Source: the human T2T-CHM13v2.0 reference genome, Homo sapiens
Direction: 5' to 3' (one strand)
NCBI RefSeq assembly: GCF_009914755.1
Contig: NC_060937.1
DNA length: 64,000 bases
Position 1 is the first letter of the stretch. Each line of letters begins with the position of its first letter. The notes under the pieces are model-generated. The model was not told the DNA's origin. It searched no databases and was given only the letters and a program-made list of their open reading frames with translations. Shown in pieces: positions 52,077 through 64,000 of this stretch. A program made the position numbers and the translations under genes.

Positions 52077-52652
52077 AATTTCCTGTTTTTCTATAATAAA
52101 AAATGCTTTTCTTTCAGCATTTTCTTAAGCATATTTTTAATAACTCATTAGACAGAACTCCCACGGATAATGCAAAGGAAAAAAATGGAAAGGAACTATC
52201 TAGTTCCAACTTTGAATAGACTTGAATTTTGAATGAATGACCAGACAGAACAGTTAGAATCTAGTTAAACTTGTGTAGCTGTTGAGTTCTGTTGAGTAGC
52301 TCATGGAAGACGGACAATAATTTAGTTGGACTGAGGGAAGGAGCCCTCTAATCACCTTCAGGAAGAGCCATGGCCGACGGGAAAGGCAGGAAAATAAGGA
52401 ATGATATATCAAAAGTGCAAAACTAAAATTATGTCCCTCTTAAATGGGTTGTTAAGAAGTCTTGGGGAGTAGGAGACTCCATAGGTAAATCTGCCTTAAA
52501 ATATCATTTCAGCATTTCAGTAGCCAGTGTCACTTGACCTCAGTTCAGCTCTGAGGTCAATGGCATTGCAGCAGGTTGCTGTACATTGCAATTTCTTTTT
52601 ATGGTATGGGAAGGTGCCTCCTGCTTAGTAACCCTTAAGAATCAGGCCAATC

Positions 52653-52970
<318 letters not shown>

Positions 52971-53452
52971 TTATTCTAGTGAGCAGAAGGTTAGGCAAAA
53001 CTGAAATAATCTAAGTTAAATAATTTCAAATTCAGGATGACATATGTTTAGTTAACATAAAAGTGAACTCTGCTTTTGAGCCTGGAGGCCCTTCTTATAA
53101 TCCATTTTTGGAGAATTATATACCAGTAGTGCAGATAGCTACTTGGACTAGCTCACTTGGAGTCTTACTTGTAGTGCTCTTTCAACTTCTTCAATTTACT
53201 CTAACTGAAAACCTAGTAGAAACTTGAATGGGTAAATTAATGTCATGTCTGAGATTAACTTGGGGCTGGAGGAGATGTTAGGCTTAAGACAGAAAACAAT
53301 TGGCTGCTAAAAGATAAGAATTCTAGAAATACTTTAAACATTAAACCAGATTGAAATTTTAAGGCAAACTACCAGAAAGCTACTATTTGAGGTAAATTTA
53401 ATGTTAAGGATTGAGAGGCAAAGCAACTTATTAGTTATATTTTTCTAAAAGC

Positions 53453-53771
<319 letters not shown>

Positions 53772-55754
53772 TGATTAATAATATATATTTAAGTTTGGCT
53801 GTTATGGTCATTTTTATTAGAGTTATTGGATTATTCATGCTTAATTTGACAGTCCTGCACAATACTTTCTCTCTGCCTAGAACGGTCATCTCCCCTTGTC
53901 CCTGGGCTACACTCCCAGTTACATTCAAAGCCCTGATTGGGTGTCACTTCAGTTAGTAAAGCCTTCTGTTACTTCTTTCTCCCTTCCCCTGGCATCTCGG
54001 GATTTTGTACTTGCATCCGTTACACTTGTGACTCTATATGATAATAACTTGTTTTGGTGTCTGTCTCCCGTGAAGAGGGCAGGTAAACAGTGCCTTGCTC
54101 ACCTTGATTTCTGACAGTTTGCAACATACACTAGGTGCTCAGTAAATGTAGGAAGAATAAATGGAAACCTTAAACACACAGCTTCTAACTTCATGTCAGT
54201 AGACCAGCGGGTTCATTACCAAGACCGACAGGTCAGCCATGGCCCACAGCTGCGGCCACCATTCAGCCTGACTTCCTCTCCCACCTACCCAGATATGCAG
54301 GTAGCATGAGGAAGGCAGAAGGGAGGCTCTTTCTCTACCCTCTACCTGCCTGGCACCTGGCAACCCACCAGTTGAGATGCTGGTGAGACATAAAGAGAAA
54401 AGAGTTGTATGGGATGGTGATTTCCAGGTGGAAAAGGAGTACAGTGAAGTCAGACTAGCCTTTGAACCTACCTGTGTTCAAATCCCAGTTCTGGCCACTT
54501 ACTAGCCTGCTAGGCCTGCAGACAGTCCTTAAGTTCTCCAAGCCTCAGTGTCCTCCATCATACAATGGAAGTGAAAACAGTGTCTATGAGTTTTATCTTT
54601 CAAAGACTACTTATGAGAGCTCACATGGAGAAACACCTCAAGCCATGCATCTAGCAAGCCGTCAGCACAGGCTGGCTGCTCCCATTTGGCTGCTCTTCCC
54701 TATGGTCATTGGCATGTTCTTTGTGGCCCTGGCCCCGCCACAGAGACTGGATCCTCTGGTGACAGTCCAGAAGTGACTGACTGCCCACCACAGAGAGTTC
54801 TGCAGCCCTGCCTGCACACCATGAGCCACCTCCACTGGGGACTCTCTAGCAACTTCTGAGAGAATACTCAGATTGCAGGAGAGAGACCTAAAGAGAACAA
54901 AGTGGCTATAGGAGTGAAAGGCCTCAGATATCCCATCCAATGTCCTCGCAGAAGATGACCCCTTCCCCTGAGAGGGGCTGATGTGCCATTTGTTGTCTGG
55001 TAACAGTTAACTCTCTAGGATCTTTCGCCACTCCAGCAGCAAGGCAGTGGGTTCAGGTTTCACAGCATCCACTGTCCAGAGAGCAAAGTGGTTGTGGAAA
55101 GAGGGAGAAGAAAGTACTAAAAATTAAAATGCAAATAAGCTGGAAGGTGGGGCCAGGCATGGGCCCTGGGGGGACTCATTTGGATTTGAATTTCTTTTTC
55201 ATCAATATATTAAATCAATCACCCTATGGAGCTTATCTGCAATAATAATAATAATATAATAATTTTTTAAAATGCATACCTCCTATTTTGCTTTTTAATG
55301 TTACATTTATACTTGAGAACTTTCTCAACCCTGATCAGATGCTATATGAAAGTAATACTTGAAGCAAAATAGGCATTACTAAAATATGCTGGAAATGAAA
55401 TACATTTCAGACCTGCTTTCTGCCTGTTATGAATCATTTGTCATTTCCTCACAATGTGTGTTTACTGTTTCCCAACATTTCCCTGTAAGTGTGAATACAA
55501 TGTTTCCGTGTTAGGTTGGATTTTGGAAGAGGTAGGGAGGAGGTAACTGTGAAAATAATTTGGTTTTAAAAACAAGGAAATGGTTTCTGTCGGTACAGTA
55601 TGGACATTTTTCCAAGTGTCTCAGTCATTGTGTTTTCTTCTTGTTACTCATATGTGAGAATGTCATCATCATGTGTCACATAATGTCACCAAATTATATA
55701 ATGTGTGATGGAATTCACAAGAAAACAAAACTGAATTTACATCCCCTAAATGTC

Positions 55755-56247
<493 letters not shown>

Positions 56248-56465
56248 AAAAAGTGTTCTTGTTTTGGCACTGACGCAGGCACAGTGAATCAGATTCTTCT
56301 TAATTGTGTTTTTTGTTTTTTGTTTTTCCCCTCAGGTAGTGTAGGAGGAGCAGTAACCTTAGGAAGCAATCGAGATTATGGAAAGATTGTAAACTTTGGA
56401 GTCAGACCCGTCCTTACTCATTCACTTACTAGTTGCATGACCTTAAGCGAGTCATTTAACTGTTC

Positions 56466-56764
56466 TTTTTTTTTTTTTTTTTTTGAGACGGAGTCTCGCT
56501 GTCGCCCAGGCTGGAGTGCAGTGGCGCAATCTCGGCTCACTGCAGGCTCCGCCCCCTGGGGTTCACGCCATTCTCCTGCCTCAGCCTCCCGAGTAGCTGG
56601 GACTACAGGCGCCCACCACCTCGCCCGGCTAATTTTTTGTATTTTTAGTAGAGACGGGGTTTCACCGTGTTAGCCAGGATGGTCTCGATCTCCTGACCTC
56701 GTGATCCACCCGCCTCGGCCTCCCAAAGTGCTGGGATTACAGGCGTGAGCCACCGCGCCCGGCC
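56466..56764 (-). mobile_element. AluY (young, CpG-rich) inserted in a MIR
   Basis: Long pure polyT, intact CpGs; perfect TSD taactgttctt. Confidence 0.95.
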
Positions 56765-57126
56765 TAACTGTTCTTAACCTCAGATTGTTCATCCGGTGAT
56801 GAGGATTAATGAGTGATGTACATTAAGCTCTAAGACAGAATTAGGCTCAGTTGAGACACCTGACCAGACGTGCCCTCAGAGCAAGAGAGGTCCCATTCAG
56901 CATTTACTACTTTACTCTTCAGAGGCTCAAATGCACAGATTCCGTGCTGTCTCAAGGAGCTCTGATCTTGGGAAGCAGAAAAGAGTTACGCCTTTTGACC
57001 TTTTTCATCTTGTCCACATTGAAGTAATCTCTTTTCACCAGTCTGACAAACACGCAAGGAAAACTCAGACTCTGACTGGCACTAACCACAGCAAAAACAA
57101 AAACAGTGTTGGTCAAAAAGATTATA

Positions 57127-57311
57127 CAGGCTGAGCATCCCAAATCCAAAAATCCAAAATGCTCTAAAATCTGAAACTTTTTGAGTGCCAATGTGACACT
57201 CAAAGGAAATGCTTAAGTGGTTATGTATCTGCAAGTATTTCATGTCTGAAAAAATCCAAAACCCGAAACCCTTCTGGTCCCAAGCATTTCAGATAAGGGA
57301 TACTCAACCTG
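57127..57311. mobile_element. Tigger4-type MITE (short form)
   Basis: TA|caggctgagcatccc...gggatactcaacctg terminal inverted repeats. Confidence 0.85.
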
Positions 57312-57469
57312 CACAAGCATCCACGCATTGGGAAATGGTATTTCAGGAAGAAATGTCCACACTGAATGATTACTTAGTTGATTTAACATAAACATTCATT
57401 CTGCTCCCCTCCCCCATTACCCTAAGGACCCATTCTCATGCGATATTTTTATAAAGATTTAAAAGTAGG

Positions 57470-57665
57470 GTTTTTTCCATTAATAATCGTGTATGATATT
57501 CTTGAAAATTGCTGAGAGTAGATTTTAAGTATTCTCACCACCAAAAAAAATGTGAGGCAATGCATGTTAATTAGCCCAATTTAGCCATTTCACAGCATAC
57601 ACATATTTTAAAACAACATGTTGTACACAGTAAACATATACAATTTTTATGTCAAGTAAAAAAAT
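57470..57665 (+). mobile_element. L1MA 3' end
   Basis: ttgaaaattgctgagagtagattttaagtattctcaccac...aaaacaacatgttgtacac. Confidence 0.8.
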
Positions 57666-57669
57666 CAGG

Positions 57670-58254
<585 letters not shown>

Positions 58255-58338
58255 TGACAGTGAAGGGCCTACGCAACCTACAGTGCAGAACTTCAGGGTA
58301 GCATGTTTGCGCTGTGGTTTGTTTTAAAGATACCTTCT

Positions 58339-58750
<412 letters not shown>

Positions 58751-59706
58751 TCATAGAATAAGGAGAAAAATCCACCACCTCTGCTCCGTCTGCATCGTTG
58801 GCACTGATCTCTGATGACTCTGACTTTGACAGCTGTGCATATATGGTCAGATAACCTCCTGGAGCTGACCTAGCCGGTGCCCATGATGCCAGGTTGCCCA
58901 GTCGGATGGGTCTTCAGAGGCAACATGTCAATCAGTTTCCCCACCCCCAAGTCTCTAACAGAGAGTTATTGCCCTCTGGATTTGCCCAGCTCAAACTGCA
59001 AATGATGAGTTTAAGGGATAATCAAAACAGTCTCTGGCTGACGGTAATTCATGGCTTTACACATGGAACTCTAACCATGCGAGACTGACGAGCTCCTGGA
59101 GGGTGGGAGTTGTGTGATACCTTTTTTTTTTTTTAGCCCCCATGATATGACAGAATCATCACATGCTCAGTAATTACTGAGGTTTAGAACCAGTGAGGAT
59201 GTGCTTTGATTTTAAAAGTCTCTGAAGAGTCAAGTCCTTCCAAGAATCTGTTTGGTGGCTGTCTTATAGCAAAGAATACAATATGAAAAGTCATTCTGTC
59301 TTAAATGACTTAAGGTATAGATTAAATACAAAATAAGTTTGAAAGTCTTTTTGGAGGTTTGTCTTCACACTGCTTGGAGTATTATTGGGTGATGACAGTA
59401 GAAGTCGTGTATAAAATGGAAAACATATCTTAGTGTGGGCCTTTATGAAATACTTGGTATGTCTTATCTGCCTATACTAATATGGGAAAGAATGGACGTT
59501 TTCATAGGAGGTGTGCATTATCAAGCTCGGATTCAATTGTAATTGCAGCTGATAGTTGAGCAAAATTCCAAATTTCACAGCTTATTAAAATGGATGACAC
59601 TTGTACCCCTTAACAGCACTTCTAAATATACTTCTGTTTTCTGTGTAGCCATGCCTTTGTGTTGGTATCTCTCTAGTTTTAATACCAATTATTTTCCTGT
59701 CTTTAG

Positions 59707-59850
<144 letters not shown>

Positions 59851-60429
59851 TGAACCCAACCACTCTGAGTTCTTGGGCGGGGTTGTGATTAACTTAAGAC
59901 TTTCAGACTTCATCTTTTCCTTTGTTAAGGATTACAATTCCAATTTAATGGTGGTAGAACTGTATACAATATTAATTATATTACAAATGGTATCTACAAA
60001 AGAGAAATTTTTCAGCATTCACTTTTAGCCCTACCAAGAAATTGGAAAAAAAAATGGGTATGTACTTGATATGTTACTTACCAAAGTTACAACTTTTCTC
60101 AGATATTTGAAATTGGTGATTATTTCCTTCCAGTGTTAGCCTCACCCAAAACTAGTTGTGGCAGATCTCCTCCCTGTTCTCTTAGCCACTCTTGGAGGCT
60201 GCGTCTGCCAGTCCCCAGGGCTTCTCTTGGCCTCAGCTCTTGCTCTTTACTTTTTTCTTTCTTCATAGATCTAGATCACAAAATGTTAGAGACAGAGTGA
60301 TCTAGAAACCATCCAAGCAAGCCACCTGTTTTCTGACAGATGCACAGGTGGAGGCCCAGAGAAGTCAGTGGTTCAATAATAAGAATAATTAATTGTATGT
60401 AGTATGTATTAAGCCCTTCCTATAGTATG

Positions 60430-60820
60430 CCAGGTACTATAGAAAAAGCAAGGGTTTTGAAGTCAGATTGACTTCAGTTTAAATCACAGCTCAGTTATTT
60501 AACGGTTAGTGACCTTGAATAAGTGACTTGCCGTCTCTCATCTCAGATGCAGCATCTGTAAGCCCTTGGTAATAATAACTAATTTGCAGGATTGTTGTGA
60601 AGATATAACAATTATAATAGTCATGGCAGCTATCATTTCCTGAGTCCTTTTTATGTGTCCAACAATCTGCTAAGAGTTAAATCTCTTAAATTATATCGTT
60701 TAATGCTCACAACTACCCTGAGAGTTGCTATTGTTACCCTCATTAGCTAGCTAGGAACTGGAAGAGTGGGATTGAAACCCAGAGCTGTGGGATTCAAAGG
60801 CCCACGCTCTTAACCACATC
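60430..60820. mobile_element. MIR relics (two, opposite orientation)
   Basis: gtgaccttgaataagtgact... and ...ctcacaactaccctgag...gggattgaaacccag. Confidence 0.55.
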
Positions 60821-61704
60821 ATGATATTGCCTTGAAAACAGAAATAATATCTGTAAACTGACCAGCACAATGCCACATAGAAAGAAAATGTTCATTGTAA
60901 AGTTATGGTTTGGGGTTTGTTTATTGCTATTGCTGTTATTGATGTTATCTTGACCTGCCCAAGGGCAAGAGTTCAAACTCTCCACCGTAACAATTAGCTT
61001 TGTCTTCTGTTTCTGTGGCCTTTTACCTGCCACTCTTTTCAGCTTCTCAGTCATCACCCAGTAAAAGTAATCTTTTTATTCTGGTTGGTGAACTAATCTA
61101 GCCTTTAATGTCAAGTGTGAACTTCAGTTCCTCAGTGCTCATTGTTTTCTGCTGAAAGGTTCCCTTTCACACCTGTGTTAGTTACTACCCCAGATGCTTA
61201 AGACTAGCAGGATCTCTCAGTAGCTGAGCTATTACCATAATAGCCTTTCTTATAGTGAAGGAGATCTGCCCCATAGCAGATGCAGCCACCGCAGCATGAC
61301 AGAAGTAGGTGTGTCCAAGTCAGGTCATGTTGACCAGAATCACCCAGCCTGTGAGGAAGTATTGGTCCTGTCTTCTAACCCCAATTGTATGGAAGATTTC
61401 TAGCCATATATATTCATTTACACATAAATTAGAAACAGTGTGGTGAAACCATTCCCTAGGGCAACACAGTATAATATTGAAATTGTGTTTTTAGATGACC
61501 ATTACTGAACCCATATAAACAGATACTTTTAATTTCCAACAGTTCATCTTTAACCCCCAAATACGACCCTTTTCAAAAAGTCATTACAGCACAATTTCAT
61601 TTTACTATTATTAGAACTTTAATGAATTTTTTCCTAATGGAATTATACCAAAAATGTTCTCAGAACATTGCTGAATTTACCTATGTCTTTCCCTCTCTTT
61701 CTGA

Positions 61705-61806
<102 letters not shown>

Positions 61807-62259
61807 TAGAATGGGTCTCTTGTGTGCTCTAACATTGTGTATTAGTTTTGGTCTACCCAAGAAGCCTGGAACTTGAGAAAAGAAGAGGCGGAATGAGTCA
61901 CCCCAAACATTTACATGAAACCAACAGAGTAAGACAGAATGCCTTCCAGCATGACTGTGTGTTGATGGGATTTGTGGGGAGGTTTCTTCGTTTTGGAAAA
62001 GTAGAGGTATAAAATAACCTTTTTTGCTGGATACTGTCTAACTATACTAATAATTTCCTAATAAATTTATTCTTAATTCAGATTATAAGGCCAAATTTCA
62101 TTAATTCTTCACTGAACCACTTAGTTTCTTTAATGAAGGAAGTTTCTCTCAACCTTTCAGCAGTCACTCTAAAACAGATTTTCTCATTTAGAATTGCTAC
62201 ACACCTCAGTCCAGTGTGCCGTACTATAAAGGAAATTAAAGGACAGTAAGAATGGATGA

Positions 62260-62900
62260 AAATCATTCATTCTGCAGTTACATATTGAGTGCCTCCTGTA
62301 TGGCCCCATGGAGGACACACTCATGAGCAACAGACAAGGCCTCTGCTCTTGTGGAGCTTCTGATCTTGTCAGCGAGACAGACATTAATGAAACAGTCATA
62401 CAGCTATTAACTGCAACAAGGACCATCAAGGACAGGAAAGAACAGAAAGCTGAGAGATCACAGAGCAAGGCTGCCTGATCCGATGGGGAGGGCGGCTCTG
62501 GGAAGGGTTCTCCATGGAAGTAGCATCTTGGCAGAGATCTAAAATATGAGATGAAGAGGAGTGGGCCTGTAGTCTGCGTAAGGGCCCGGAGGCAGGGGAA
62601 CCAGGCCTTTCCAAGAACCAAGGAGAGCCCATGTGGCTGAAAGCACCGAAAGCCCTGTGGAGAAAAGGTTGAGAAGAGTCTGGAGAAGTTGGCAGAAGAA
62701 GCCCATGCAGGGCTTTGGTGTTTAACAGCAATAATAAGCAACTGAAAAGGATTAACAGTGGGGATGATTAGATCAAGGCTCTCCCACTCTGTCTACTGTG
62801 GAAACAGCTCAAAGTGGCAAGAGTGGTTCAGGGAACTTAGGAGGCTGCTGCCCCATCTAGGGAGAGAAGGTTTTACCTCGGAATTATGTCATTACTACTG
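62260..62900 (-). mobile_element. L2 relic
   Basis: tcattcattc...attgagtgcctcctgtatg...tggagctt, the L2 3' end pattern. Confidence 0.6.
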
Positions 62901-64000
62901 GAAAAGTGTTTTACATGGCACACCCTCTGGAGGATCTGAAAACATCTTCCTGTGTTAGAAACAGTACTTTATTACGTAAAAAGAATCCAGTAAAGTCTGG
63001 TTTCTGGTCAGAGGTTTGGAGTGAACATTTTCAACCAAACACCAGTGGTTCCATTCCAATTTGGTATTTGTTATTGAGCAAGTTTGCAGTCCTGAGAGTA
63101 ACATTGTCCATGCCAGCATTGATTGAGTCCCTTGGTAAGCCCCTTGATAAGTTTTAGTGAAGAGATCAGACATTGAAAAGCAAACTATAAAGCTGAGAAA
63201 TTTCTAAAGAGGGCATTGAAGTAGAGGTTGCATTTCCACATTGCTGCCCTTCTTGAAGACGCACATTTATATCTCACTTTATGGTTTACAGAGCACTTTC
63301 ACACCCCTTAAGTCATTTGCTCTCTCTGGATGGGAAGCAGGGCCATAGCAGTTGCCCGTTCTATAGCTGAAGACACCACAGCTTGACTTATCCAAGGCTC
63401 CATGGTTGAGAAGTGACAGGCAGAGATGCAGCTTGGACACAAAGTCTGTCAACATAGGCAAATAATAACTAGTTTGCATATATTTTTAAAATAAGTGTTT
63501 AATGACTTACATAATGTCTCCCATAAGCAAACAGAATTGAATATACAGTTCAAAAATCACAATAAACTCCAGCATTTCCCTCAATCCCTATATATGCATC
63601 TGTGATGTCCTGTCTCAGATGATTTGTGACTTAGATTTTCACTGAATAACCTGTGCCGTTAGCATATCCCAGAAGTAATATATTTTTAAAAAATGAAGTA
63701 TTACCTAGGTTTCAGATTTTATGGCCACCCAGTAGTACTCATGGCTTGTCTTTCCAGCCCAGTCCTCCCTTCACTATAATCTGCTGTTAAGACAAATGCA
63801 GTCCAGAGAACAGTTATATCAGGTTAGGATTTACATTGAGCACAAATCGAATCCAGCTCATAGTATAGTTTGTATAGTAGTATGTAAAAAACAACTTGTT
63901 ATCTGAAAACTTGTCCTCAATCATCAAATTCTGTTATATTCTCTGTAACAGAACTTCAGACAGGAAAGCACATTAATACATTGCAGACTTTTATGAACAA

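Noticed and set aside
62184-62741. 185-aa minus-strand ORF
   Set aside because: Lies in a degraded L2, starts at a non-ATG codon and shows no recognisable protein features.

Overview
Primate (most likely human) genomic DNA from inside the FRY gene (furry homolog, a HEAT/ARM-repeat scaffold of NDR kinases), transcribed on the + strand. I reconstructed 23 complete coding exons between 2034 and 61791 from AG/GT boundaries. They join in frame without a stop (3787 nt, about 1262 codons) into the middle to C-terminal part of FRY. The window also opens on the last 3 nt of the preceding exon, and the gene continues past the right edge. Introns are filled with Alu, L1, L2, MIR, MaLR-LTR and DNA-transposon relics, which explain most of the ORF track. 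No prokaryote-type system is present. The best leads concern splicing and DNA repair: a 9-nt in-frame ELQ microexon with neural-microexon motifs, a candidate 16-nt poison microexon, an Alu monomer whose target-site duplication copied a splice donor, a polyA signal overlapping the last donor, a possible internal start, and two microhomology-bounded templated insertions (one with a fold-back inversion). Repeat subfamily calls were made by eye and are approximate.
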